In this document: one piece after another, positions 8,328 through 17,678 of the stretch
Position numbering within the stretch: position 1 is the stretch's first letter
Layout of the letters: each line of letters begins with the position of its first letter
Source of the DNA: an uncultured Flavobacterium sp.
GTDB taxonomy: Bacteria > Bacteroidota > Bacteroidia > Flavobacteriales > Flavobacteriaceae
Length of the DNA: 42,041 nucleotides
Direction of reading: 5' to 3'
NCBI GenBank assembly: GCA_964581855.1
Contig: CAZOQH010000001.1
Coordinates: forward strand, 1-42,041
Made by a program: the position numbers and the translations under genes
The notes under the pieces: generated by a model
What the model was told of the DNA's origin: nothing
The model's input: the letters and a program-made list of their open reading frames with translations, nothing else
The model's database searches: none

Positions 8328-9554
8328 TTATACCAATTGTTTCAAAGCAATTTCAAACGCTCTAGCCGAAATGTTTTTCTTGTCAGAGCTTATCTCGTAG
8401 GTTGCTTGAATAGCTTTTCGGATAGTTTCGGAGGTGTCATAAAAGATAGCTTCGTCTGAAATTTCTACTTTTTTCTCCATAAAATAAGCAAATACTCGAG
8501 CCATTCCACAATTAGAAATAAAATCAGGGATAAGGCTTATTTTGCTATCTACATCTTCCATAATCGAACCGAAGAAAATTTCTTTATCTGCAAACGGAAC
8601 ATTTGCACCACACGAAATCACTTCAAGTCCGGAAGCAATCATACGGTCAGCTTGCTCTTGAGTTACTAATCTCGAGGCTGCACAAGGAGCAAAAATATGA
8701 GCTCCTAACGACCAAGCTTTTTGTTCCATCTCTTCCGGAGAGAGCATATTGTCAGCAACTAATTTGTTTCCATCTCTGTTTCGGAAAAGCTCAGAGATTT
8801 CGTCTAAACTATATCCATTTTCGTTAATAACTCCACCTTCTCGGTCTATAATTCCTATAACTTTAGCTCCCATTTGAGTCAGGAAAAATGCAGCTGCACC
8901 ACCTACGTTTCCGAATCCTTGAACAATAGCTTTTTTGCCATTGATGTTTCCTCCATAAATGTTGTAATAATGGTTTACGGCTTGTGCTACTCCAAAGCCG
9001 GTAATCATATCGGCAATGGTATATTTTTTGTCTAGGTCTGGAGAATATTTAGAGCTTTCAATCACTTTTATAACGCCATTTCGAAGTTGTCCGATACGGT
9101 TAATTTTTTCTCCTTCTGCTGCCTTAAAGTGTCCGTTAAATACGCCTTCTTGTGGATGCCAAATTCCACATTCTTCGGTAAACGGAATTACCTGATGGAT
9201 TTCATCTACGTTCATGTCTCCTCCTGTACCGTAATAATGTTTTAATAGTGGAGTTACCGCCTTAAACCATCTTTTAAGCACTTCTTCTTTTCTAGGATCG
9301 CTCGGATCGAAATTGATTCCTGATTTTGCTCCTCCAATGGCAGGGCCTGCTACCGAGAACTTTACTTCCATCGTTTTGGCAAGTGATAGCACTTCGTTCA
9401 TGTCAAGACCTTTTCGCATACGAGTTCCTCCGCCTGCCGCGCCTCCACGAAGTGAATTAATAACTGTCCAGCCCTCAGCACCAGTTTCGTGGTCTTTCCA
9501 ATTGAAAACAATTTCAGGTTCTCTATTTTCGAATTTCTTAAGTAAATCTTTCAT
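8328..9554 (-). CDS. Glu/Leu/Phe/Val dehydrogenase family protein
   Basis: GGGTRM, GGAKSGI (catalytic Lys), VQGFGNVG Rossmann motif, CGAN, PDFISNCG. Confidence 0.9.
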   Translation of the reverse strand: MKDLLKKFENREPEIVFNWKDHETGAEGWTVINSLRGGAAGGGTRMRKGLDMNEVLSLAKTMEVKFSVAGPAIGGAKSGINFDPSDPRKEEVLKRWFKAVTPLLKHYYGTGGDMNVDEIHQVIPFTEECGIWHPQEGVFNGHFKAAEGEKINRIGQLRNGVIKVIESSKYSPDLDKKYTIADMITGFGVAQAVNHYYNIYGGNINGKKAIVQGFGNVGGAAAFFLTQMGAKVIGIIDREGGVINENGYSLDEISELFRNRDGNKLVADNMLSPEEMEQKAWSLGAHIFAPCAASRLVTQEQADRMIASGLEVISCGANVPFADKEIFFGSIMEDVDSKISLIPDFISNCGMARVFAYFMEKKVEISDEAIFYDTSETIRKAIQATYEISSDKKNISARAFEIALKQLV

Positions 9555-9583
9555 TATAGGTTAGGTTTTATAGAATTTGCAAG

Positions 9584-9614
9584 CAAAGATAAATTTAAGT
9601 TTGATTCTTTCAAA
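9584..9614 (-). promoter_or_regulatory. Housekeeping promoter for the dehydrogenase
   Basis: Minus strand TTTG (9614-9611), N19, TATCTTTG (9591-9584). Confidence 0.7.
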
Positions 9615-9688
9615 AAAACCATAAGTATAATCTATTGTAAAATAGTTAGAAATATGGAGTAGTATTATGAATTCACATAATATTGTGG

Positions 9689-9726
9689 TACCTTTGCAAT
9701 CAGCAAATTAGAATGAATAAAAATAA
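9689..9726 (+). promoter_or_regulatory. suf operon -7 element followed by a 23-bp Fur-like operator
   Basis: TACCTTTG (9689-9696), then CAAATTAGAATGAATAAAAATAA (9704-9726), similar to the boxes at 13881 and 13936. Confidence 0.6.
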
Positions 9727-9732
9727 AAAAAT

Positions 9733-10062
9733 ATGGTAAAAGTTTCAGAATCAGCAAGTAAGCGGGTGGCTATGCTTATGCAAGATGAAGGTTTTGACCC
9801 TCATACCGACTACGTTAGGGTAGGGGTAAAGAGTGGAGGATGTTCAGGATTGGAGTATGTTCTGAATTTTGATAAAAATATAACCGACACCGATAAGGTT
9901 TTTGAAGATAACGGCATTAAGATAGCCGTAGAAAAAAAGAGCTTTTTGTACTTAGCAGGAACCACTTTGGAATATGAAGGAGGGCTAAACGGAAAAGGAT
10001 TTGTTTTTAATAACCCAAATGCTCAGAGAACCTGTGGATGTGGGGAAAGTTTTTCATTATAG
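9733..10062 (+). CDS. sufA: A-type Fe-S cluster carrier (SufA/IscA/HesB family)
   Basis: GGCSG and C-terminal CGCGESF motifs; first gene of the suf operon. Confidence 0.93.
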   Translation: MVKVSESASKRVAMLMQDEGFDPHTDYVRVGVKSGGCSGLEYVLNFDKNITDTDKVFEDNGIKIAVEKKSFLYLAGTTLEYEGGLNGKGFVFNNPNAQRTCGCGESFSL

Positions 10063-10115
10063 TCAAAAGGTCAAAAAACACTTTTAGACCTTATTGACTT
10101 TCAAATTTAATAATA

Positions 10116-11573
10116 ATGGCAAAATACACAGAAGACGATTTAAAAGTCGAATTAGAAAATAAAGAATACGAGTACGGATTTTATACTGATATTGAGTCAG
10201 AAACCTTTCCTGTCGGACTTAATGAAGATATCGTACGGGCTATCTCTGCAAAAAAAGATGAGCCAGAATGGATGACCGAATGGCGATTAGAATCGTTTAG
10301 AATTTGGAAAGAAATGACCGAACCCGACTGGCCAAATGTAAAATACGAAAAACCCGACTTTCAGGCGATTTCGTATTATTCTGCTCCAAAAAAGAAGCCT
10401 AACCTCAATAGCTTAGACGAAGTAGATCCAGAACTTCTAGAAACTTTTAAAAAGCTAGGAATATCTATCGAAGAACAAAAAAGACTTACCGGAGTAGGTG
10501 GAGTAGCAGTAGATATCGTAATGGATTCTGTATCGGTAGCTACCACATTTCAGAAAACGTTAGAGGAAAAAGGAATTATTTTCTGTCCAATTTCGGAAGC
10601 TATCAAAAAACATCCGGACTTAGTGCGTAAATATTTAGGAACTGTTGTACCGCAAAAAGATAACTTTTATGCAGCACTGAATTCGGCAGTATTTTCTGAC
10701 GGAAGTTTCTGTTATATTCCAAAAGGCGTAAAATGTCCGATGGAACTCTCGACTTATTTCCGAATCAACCAAGCCGGAACAGGGCAGTTTGAACGCACTT
10801 TGGTTATTGCAGACCAAGGCAGTTATGTGTCGTACTTAGAAGGATGTACCGCTCCGTCTCGAGATGAAAACCAGTTGCACGCAGCTGTGGTAGAGCTCAT
10901 TGCACTTGACGATGCAGAAATTAAATACTCGACCGTACAAAATTGGTTCCCAGGGAATAAAGAAGGAAAAGGTGGTGTTTTTAACTTTGTAACCAAAAGA
11001 GGTTTGTGTGAGAAAAATGCTAAAATTTCGTGGACGCAAGTAGAAACCGGTTCTGCAGTTACTTGGAAATATCCGTCATGTGTCTTAAAAGGAGACAACT
11101 CGGTTGGAGAATTTTACTCTATTGCGGTAACTAATAATTTTCAGCAAGCAGATACCGGAACTAAGATGATTCATTTAGGTAAAAACACTAAATCTACTAT
11201 TATTTCCAAAGGAATTTCTGCCGGAAAATCTCAAAACAGTTATAGAGGTTTGGTGCATATTGGGCCTCGTGCCGAAAATGCGAGAAACTTTTCTCAATGT
11301 GACTCACTGTTGATGGGAAATGAATGTGGAGCACACACCTTTCCGTATATCGAATCAAAAAACCCATCGGCACAGATAGAACACGAAGCAACCACCAGTA
11401 AAATTGGAGAGGACCAAGTGTTTTATTGTAATCAAAGAGGTATTGATACTGAAAAAGCCATTGCACTTATCGTAAACGGATTCTCGAAAGACGTATTGAA
11501 TAAACTTCCGATGGAATTTGCAGTAGAAGCTCAAAAATTATTAGAAATTTCGTTAGAAGGATCTGTAGGATAA
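10116..11573 (+). CDS. sufB: Fe-S cluster assembly protein SufB
   Basis: [48 protein letters not shown]. Confidence 0.97.
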   Translation: MAKYTEDDLKVELENKEYEYGFYTDIESETFPVGLNEDIVRAISAKKDEPEWMTEWRLESFRIWKEMTEPDWPNVKYEKPDFQAISYYSAPKKKPNLNSLDEVDPELLETFKKLGISIEEQKRLTGVGGVAVDIVMDSVSVATTFQKTLEEKGIIFCPISEAIKKHPDLVRKYLGTVVPQKDNFYAALNSAVFSDGSFCYIPKGVKCPMELSTYFRINQAGTGQFERTLVIADQGSYVSYLEGCTAPSRDENQLHAAVVELIALDDAEIKYSTVQNWFPGNKEGKGGVFNFVTKRGLCEKNAKISWTQVETGSAVTWKYPSCVLKGDNSVGEFYSIAVTNNFQQADTGTKMIHLGKNTKSTIISKGISAGKSQNSYRGLVHIGPRAENARNFSQCDSLLMGNECGAHTFPYIESKNPSAQIEHEATTSKIGEDQVFYCNQRGIDTEKAIALIVNGFSKDVLNKLPMEFAVEAQKLLEISLEGSVG

Positions 11574-11670
11574 ACGGACCTTTAACACATCTATATAAAC
11601 ACATTTTAAAGTAAGTATGACCTAAGCTAACAGTTTTTTATACTGTTAAGTTTAATAACTCAAACAAACA

Positions 11671-12420
11671 ATGTTAACAATAAAAGATTTACATGCCTCA
11701 GTTGAGGATAAAGCCATCCTAAAAGGATTGAATTTAGAAATAAAAGCAGGGGAAGTTCACGCAATTATGGGTCCTAATGGTTCAGGAAAAAGTACCTTAG
11801 CTTCCGTAATTGCCGGAAAAGAAGATTACGAAGTTACACAAGGAGAAATAACTCTAGAAGGTGAAGACATCAGTGAATTGGCTCCTGAAGAAAGAGCTCA
11901 TAAAGGAGTTTTCTTGTCGTTTCAATATCCAGTAGAAATCCCAGGAGTTACGGTAACCAACTTTATCAAAACCGCTATCAATGAAACTCGTAAAGCCAAA
12001 GGTATGGATGAAATGCCAGCCAACGAAATGTTGAAGCTTATCAGAGAAAAATCTGAAATGTTAGAAATTGACCGCAAGTTTTTGTCTCGTTCGCTTAACG
12101 AAGGTTTTTCGGGTGGTGAAAAAAAGCGTAACGAAATTTTTCAGATGGCTATGCTTGAGCCTAAATTGGCAATACTAGACGAAACAGATTCAGGTTTGGA
12201 TATCGATGCCTTAAGAATCGTAGCCAATGGTGTAAACAAACTAAAAAGCAATGACAATGCCGTTGTGGTGATTACGCATTACCAACGACTTTTAGATTAT
12301 ATCGTTCCAGATTATGTGCATGTTTTGATGGATGGTAAAATCGTAAAATCTGGCACTAAAGAGTTGGCATTTGAGCTAGAGGAAAAAGGATACGATTGGA
12401 TTAAAGAAGAATTGGTATAA
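11671..12420 (+). CDS. sufC: Fe-S cluster assembly ATPase SufC
   Basis: GPNGSGKST Walker [40 protein letters not shown]. Confidence 0.97.
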   Translation: MLTIKDLHASVEDKAILKGLNLEIKAGEVHAIMGPNGSGKSTLASVIAGKEDYEVTQGEITLEGEDISELAPEERAHKGVFLSFQYPVEIPGVTVTNFIKTAINETRKAKGMDEMPANEMLKLIREKSEMLEIDRKFLSRSLNEGFSGGEKKRNEIFQMAMLEPKLAILDETDSGLDIDALRIVANGVNKLKSNDNAVVVITHYQRLLDYIVPDYVHVLMDGKIVKSGTKELAFELEEKGYDWIKEELV

Positions 12421-12495
12421 AATTGTTTCATGTAGTAAAGTTTCGAATTACATACAACTGAAACTAAAATAACCTGAAACCTGAAACAAATAAAA

Positions 12496-13812
12496 ATGGC
12501 ATTAAAAGAAAAATTAATATCATCGTTCATGGCATTTGAAGAACGCGTTAATGCAGACGAAGAATTGCATGAGATTCGTACTTCAGCCATAAAAATTTTT
12601 GAAGATAAAGGATTCCCAACCAAAAAAGATGAAGCTTGGAAATACACTTCGTTGAATTCGCTACTAAAACACAATTTTTCGGTATTTCCGAAATCTGAAG
12701 TTTCTATCGGAATAGCCGACGTAAAGCGATTCTTTATTGACGAAACCGACACTTATAAAGTTGTTTTTGTAAATGGAGTTTTTAATTCGTTTTTATCGAG
12801 TACTACACACGACGGAATCGATGTTTGCTTACTTTCGTCTGCAATATCTAAACCCAAATACAGAGAAATTGTAGACAAGTACTTTAATAAAATTGCTGTA
12901 AAAGACGAGACGCTTACTTCGCTCAATACTGCATTTGCAAGCGAAGGAGCATTCATTAATATACCAAAGAATAAAGTAGCAGATAAGCCTATCGAAATAG
13001 TTTATTTCTCTACAAAAAATGAAGACAATTTATGGCTAAACCCTCGAAACTTGATAGTGGTTGGGGAGAATGCTCAGGTACAGATAGTAGAAAGACATCA
13101 AAGTCTAGGCAGTGATTTGGTATTGACCAATTCGGTTACCGAAATTTTTGTCGAAAAAAATGCAGTACTGGATTACTACAAAATTCAGAATGATGAGTTA
13201 GAAGCTAATTTAATTGATAATACTTATATTTCGCAACAACAAGGCAGTAATGCGTCGGTACACACCTTTTCGTTTGGAGGAAATCTAACTCGAAACAATT
13301 TAAACTTCTATCATTTCGGAGAACATATAGAATCTACCTTAAAAGGTGTTACAATAATTGAAGACAAACAACACGTAGATCATTATACTTTAGTGCATCA
13401 TGCACAGCCCAATTGCGAAAGTCATCAAGATTATAAAGGTATTTTTGGTGGAAATGCCACAGGAGTTTTTAACGGAAAAATCTATGTAGATAAGATTGCT
13501 CAAAAAACAAACGCATTTCAACAAAATAACAATATATTGATGAGCGAAAAGGCAACCATTAATGCTAAACCTCAGTTGGAGATTTTTGCAGACGATGTAA
13601 AATGTTCGCACGGTTGTACTATCGGACAATTAGATGAAAGTGCTTTGTTTTATATGAGGCAAAGGGGAATTCCACAAAAAGAAGCCAGAGCACTATTAAT
13701 GTATGCGTTTACCAATGACGTAATTTCGAGTATTAAGATCTCGTCATTGCAACAAAGGATAATGAAGCTAATTGCTAAAAAACTAGGTGTGGATTTAGGA
13801 TTTAATCTATAA
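12496..13812 (+). CDS. sufD: Fe-S cluster assembly protein SufD
   Basis: EAWKYT, KPQLEIFADDVKCSHG, FYMRQRGI; follows sufC. Confidence 0.95.
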   Translation: MALKEKLISSFMAFEERVNADEELHEIRTSAIKIFEDKGFPTKKDEAWKYTSLNSLLKHNFSVFPKSEVSIGIADVKRFFIDETDTYKVVFVNGVFNSFLSSTTHDGIDVCLLSSAISKPKYREIVDKYFNKIAVKDETLTSLNTAFASEGAFINIPKNKVADKPIEIVYFSTKNEDNLWLNPRNLIVVGENAQVQIVERHQSLGSDLVLTNSVTEIFVEKNAVLDYYKIQNDELEANLIDNTYISQQQGSNASVHTFSFGGNLTRNNLNFYHFGEHIESTLKGVTIIEDKQHVDHYTLVHHAQPNCESHQDYKGIFGGNATGVFNGKIYVDKIAQKTNAFQQNNNILMSEKATINAKPQLEIFADDVKCSHGCTIGQLDESALFYMRQRGIPQKEARALLMYAFTNDVISSIKISSLQQRIMKLIAKKLGVDLGFNL

Positions 13813-13834
13813 GTTAAATATACCTTATTGTATT

Positions 13835-13870
13835 AAACCGACAGGGAGAGATTTCTGTCGGTTTTTTTTT
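13835..13870 (+). terminator. Intrinsic terminator after sufD
   Basis: AAACCGACAG...CTGTCGG followed by T9. Confidence 0.85.
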
Positions 13871-13880
13871 ACTCAAAAGC

Positions 13881-13958
13881 TTATTTAGATTTATTAAAAA
13901 TAACTTGCAGGATTAAGTCTCTTGTTATACATTTGCAATTTAAAATAAGTCTAAATAG
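13881..13958 (+). promoter_or_regulatory. Promoter of the TonB receptor flanked by two inverted 23-bp Fur-like operators
   Basis: TTG (13905-13907), N20, TACATTTG (13928-13935); boxes TTATTTAGATTTATTAAAAATAA (13881-13903) and CAATTTAAAATAAGTCTAAATAG (13936-13958). Confidence 0.7.
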
Positions 13959-13966
13959 CATTTGGT

Positions 13967-16123
13967 ATGAATAGTAATAAATTAGTTGTTTTTGTGTTAG
14001 GATTTGTTTGCACAACAGTATTTTCGCAAGACATAGCTAATGACACTCTTTTGAAACAAAGCGAAATAGAAAGCGTTGTGATTACAGGTCAATTTGAACC
14101 ACAATCAATTAAAAAATCAGTACATAATGTTAGGGTTATTTCGAAAGCAGACATTCAGAATCTTGCTGCTAATAATTTAGGCGATGTGCTCAACCAATAT
14201 TTAAATATTACTGTTACTCCGAATGGGCAATCCGGACGTTCAACTATCTCACTTTTTGGTTTAGATGCTCAATACTTTAAGATTCTTATCGATAATATTC
14301 CGGTAGTAACGGATACCGGACTTGGTAATGAGGTGGATTTAACCCAGATTAATTTAGAAGATGTTGAACAAATCGAAATCATAGAGGGGGCAATGGGAGT
14401 TACTCATGGAGCAAATGCTGTGAGTGGAGTTTTAAATATAATCACCAAAAAGACCTCTAGACACAAATGGGAAATTAATGCAAGCCTACAAGAAGAAACA
14501 GTAGGTTCTGAATATAAGCTTTTTGACCAAGGAAGACATATTCAAAATCTTAAAATATCCCACAATATTTCTGATCATTGGTTTGTTTCACTAGGAGCCA
14601 ATAGAAATGATTTTAAAGGTTTTTTTAACGATAAACAAGGTAAAGATTATTGGCAAAATGACGGCAGTAGAGGAGTAGATTGGTTGCCTAAAGAACAATT
14701 TACTGCAAATGCTACTATCGGATACAAAAAAAACCAATCCAGATTATTCTATAAGTTTGATTATCTTAATGAAACAGTAGAGTATTATAATCCGGTGGTA
14801 GTTCCGGTGGATAACTATCCATTTCCGATTACTTATTATTCGAATGATAAACGACTCCCGACTAATCGATTTTATCACCACATCAATTATTATGGAACCT
14901 TGTTTTCAGATTTAATTTTCAATATATCAGCTTCACATCAAAAGCAACAAAGAGAAGAAGAAAGGTTTAATTATTATCTTTTGGAAAAAGAAGAACGCAA
15001 CAATACAAAAGAAGTTTTTCATTCTAACGAAGTTTTTTATTCTACAGGAACACTTACCAATTTTATTAAAAACAATCAAAATATTGATTTTCAATTAGGT
15101 TATGAGTTAGTAAACGAAAATAGTTTTGCTAATGCTGCCTCCGGAATGTTTAGAGATGATGAACAACAAGCGGTGGATATTAGAAAAAGAATCGAAAATT
15201 ATGATGTTTTTGTTCTTTCCGAACTTCATTTAACCGATAAATTTTCGCTTCGTCCAGGCTTTAGATATTCTTTTCAACCTCAATTTGATAATCAACATGC
15301 TTATTCTGTGGCAGCTCGCTATTTATTTGATTATGGGATAGAAGCTCGACTTTCGGGTGGAAAATCTTATCGTACGCCTAATTTCAGCGAATTGTACACG
15401 TATTTTGTCGACTCTAATCACAATATACAAGGTAATGCAGAACTTACTCCAGAGCAAAGCACTTATGTTGAAGTTAATGCTAAAAAGTCCACCTACTTTG
15501 ATTCGGGTTTAAGTCTGTATAATAGCCTAACCTCAGGATATATGGAAGTTAGTGATAAAATTAGTATGCTTTTAGTGAGCAATGATCCCATACAGCAATA
15601 TCAATATATTAATGTAGATGATTATAGAATGTGGAACCTAACGGCAGACAATAAAATTCAGTACAAGAATTTTAATTTTTCGGCAGGATTTGCACTTATA
15701 GGTGTTTCTCAACAAATCGGTACCGGAGCCTTAGGAACAAAATCAGACGATAAATTCTTGTATACTTTCAATATTAACACAGCAGCAAGTTATAATATTC
15801 CGAACTGGGATACCCAAATCTCGTTGTATTTTAAACACAACGGTAAAGTACAACAGTTTATTAACGACATAAATGATGCTTCACAGTTTGTCTTATCAGA
15901 AATAGACTCTTACAATTGGCTTGATGCCTCAATCAAAAAAGTTTTTATGAACGGAAAATTTGAACTTATGGCAGGGGCTAGAAACTTGTTGGATGTAACA
16001 GAAATTCGTAGTACTTCAGCTCCTGGAATTGGAGGAAATGCTCATGGAGGATTAACAAGCAACATGATGTTGGGATATGGAAGATCTTATTTTTTAAAAC
16101 TAACGTATAATCTTAATTTTTAA
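13967..16123 (+). CDS. TonB-dependent receptor, heme/HmuR-like
   Basis: Signal peptide, TonB box ESVVITG, plug motif IEIIEGA...GANAVSGVLNIITK, FRAP/His/NPNL-like YRTP...SNH...NAEL, C-terminal Phe; adjacent HmuY gene. Confidence 0.9.
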   Translation: MNSNKLVVFVLGFVCTTVFSQDIANDTLLKQSEIESVVITGQFEPQSIKKSVHNVRVISKADIQNLAANNLGDVLNQYLNITVTPNGQSGRSTISLFGLDAQYFKILIDNIPVVTDTGLGNEVDLTQINLEDVEQIEIIEGAMGVTHGANAVSGVLNIITKKTSRHKWEINASLQEETVGSEYKLFDQGRHIQNLKISHNISDHWFVSLGANRNDFKGFFNDKQGKDYWQNDGSRGVDWLPKEQFTANATIGYKKNQSRLFYKFDYLNETVEYYNPVVVPVDNYPFPITYYSNDKRLPTNRFYHHINYYGTLFSDLIFNISASHQKQQREEERFNYYLLEKEERNNTKEVFHSNEVFYSTGTLTNFIKNNQNIDFQLGYELVNENSFANAASGMFRDDEQQAVDIRKRIENYDVFVLSELHLTDKFSLRPGFRYSFQPQFDNQHAYSVAARYLFDYGIEARLSGGKSYRTPNFSELYTYFVDSNHNIQGNAELTPEQSTYVEVNAKKSTYFDSGLSLYNSLTSGYMEVSDKISMLLVSNDPIQQYQYINVDDYRMWNLTADNKIQYKNFNFSAGFALIGVSQQIGTGALGTKSDDKFLYTFNINTAASYNIPNWDTQISLYFKHNGKVQQFINDINDASQFVLSEIDSYNWLDASIKKVFMNGKFELMAGARNLLDVTEIRSTSAPGIGGNAHGGLTSNMMLGYGRSYFLKLTYNLNF

Positions 16124-16136
16124 ATATTTATATACC

Positions 16137-17543
16137 ATGAAAAAAAGTTTTTTAACTCTATCTTTTTTGCTATTTGCCTTAGTAGGCTGTAGTGATGATG
16201 ACAATACAGGAGGAGGTTCTACATCGGTAAGTTTTGCAACACCTTCGGTTAACCTTACTGAAGAGACAACCCCAGTGGTTATTTCGTTTTCAAAACCAAC
16301 TTCTTCATCCGGAACTATTACGTTAAGCGTAGTAGAAACCTCCGCAGATTACGGAGTGGATTATACTACTGAGCCTGTGGGGTCGTCTTCTGTTTTAGAG
16401 TTAGATTTTGAGGCAGGAGTATTAAACGTTGCCTTTGATTTTAACAAACTTATCCCAGCCATTGAAGGGCAAGTAAAGAACGTAGAATATACCATTACGG
16501 GAGTTTCGACAGGTTATGAAATAATGGGTAATTCTACAACCATATTAAACTTTAACGAGACAGCATTGGTAGGAAATTCTTTATCTCCTGAGGTAGGTGG
16601 TCCTAATCAGGCTAATCAAGTATATATTGATTTGAGCAGTGGTGCGATGACAGTTGTTCCGAGAGTTTCATGGGATTTAGGATTTTATGCAGGTAATGAA
16701 TTTAGAGTTATATTGAATAACTCCGTAAAAATGTCTGCAAAATCTATGGAAAATACCGATATGAGTGCTTTGTTGTCAGAAGATAGCTCAATGCTAATCG
16801 GTCAGGGAGCAGGAAATGCAAATCAAGTTGATGATCCTTCTGGAATTATAACAGGAACTGCTATTGCCGAAATTTCGGCAAACGACCAAGAGAATTTTGT
16901 TTATTTGATTAATTTAGGTAATAATCCTTCTGATGTACCTCCTGCTTTAGGCTCTGTTGCAGCAGATAATGGTCCGCATAGAGGATGGAAAAAAGTTAGA
17001 ATTCTTAGAGATGGCAACGGATATAAAATACAATATGCCGATTTAAATTCAACTAGTTACAGCGAAGCGGTAATAACTAAAAATGCTGCTTATAATTTTA
17101 CTTTCTTTAGCTTTAATACTGAATCTGTCGTAAATGTAGAACCTGAAAAAGACAAATGGGATATTAATTTTACAACCTTTACAAATGTGGTGAATTTCGG
17201 AACGCTTTTACCATATTTTTACCCTGATTTTGTAACCAATAACAGCAGAGGTGGTGCTTTGGTTTATGGTGTATCTACCGATGATTTTTCGTATGATAAC
17301 TTTGGGGTAAGCGATGTGGATTATTCTAAGTTTATAGAAGATCAAAGAGGTATTGGTTCGTCTTGGAGAGGTACTACAGCTCCAGGAGCAGATGGATTCC
17401 CGGTGTCACAGTTTGTTCTGAAAGACAACGTGTTTTATGTATTAAAAGACCCAGCCGGAAACTTATATAAAATTAAAATGACTGGTGGTGCTCTTGAAAA
17501 TCAAGAAAGAGGACATCCTACTTTTCAATATGAATTGTTGTAA
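16137..17543 (+). CDS. HmuY-family heme-binding lipoprotein with N-terminal Ig/Calx-beta-like domain
   Basis: SPII ...ALVG-C-SDDD; HmuY-type motifs VYIDLS, WDLGF, KWDINFT, IGSSWR, FYVLKD..G..YKIK, ERGHP.F.Y. Confidence 0.85.
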   Translation: MKKSFLTLSFLLFALVGCSDDDNTGGGSTSVSFATPSVNLTEETTPVVISFSKPTSSSGTITLSVVETSADYGVDYTTEPVGSSSVLELDFEAGVLNVAFDFNKLIPAIEGQVKNVEYTITGVSTGYEIMGNSTTILNFNETALVGNSLSPEVGGPNQANQVYIDLSSGAMTVVPRVSWDLGFYAGNEFRVILNNSVKMSAKSMENTDMSALLSEDSSMLIGQGAGNANQVDDPSGIITGTAIAEISANDQENFVYLINLGNNPSDVPPALGSVAADNGPHRGWKKVRILRDGNGYKIQYADLNSTSYSEAVITKNAAYNFTFFSFNTESVVNVEPEKDKWDINFTTFTNVVNFGTLLPYFYPDFVTNNSRGGALVYGVSTDDFSYDNFGVSDVDYSKFIEDQRGIGSSWRGTTAPGADGFPVSQFVLKDNVFYVLKDPAGNLYKIKMTGGALENQERGHPTFQYELL

Positions 17544-17566
17544 TAGTTTTTGTTAGTTTTAGTTGT

Positions 17567-17601
17567 AAAAAACCGAGCCGATTGTTAGGCTCGGTTTTTT
17601 T
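17567..17601 (+). terminator. Intrinsic terminator after the HmuY gene
   Basis: A6-CCGAGCC...GGCTCGG-T7. Confidence 0.88.
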
Positions 17602-17678
17602 AACTATAAGAGTTTTAAGTTTATACAAGTCAAGAAATAAAATCCTTATATTTGTCGTTTATATAAGGTCATAAACGA

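Noticed and set aside
12312-12752. 146-aa antisense ORF across the sufC/sufD junction, and similar short shadow ORFs (e.g. 685-936, 7807-8118, 9313-9564, 29764-30138, 37011-37313, 39078-39362)
   Set aside because: Fully or largely overlap well-supported genes and have the Ser/Phe/Ile-rich composition typical of antisense frames
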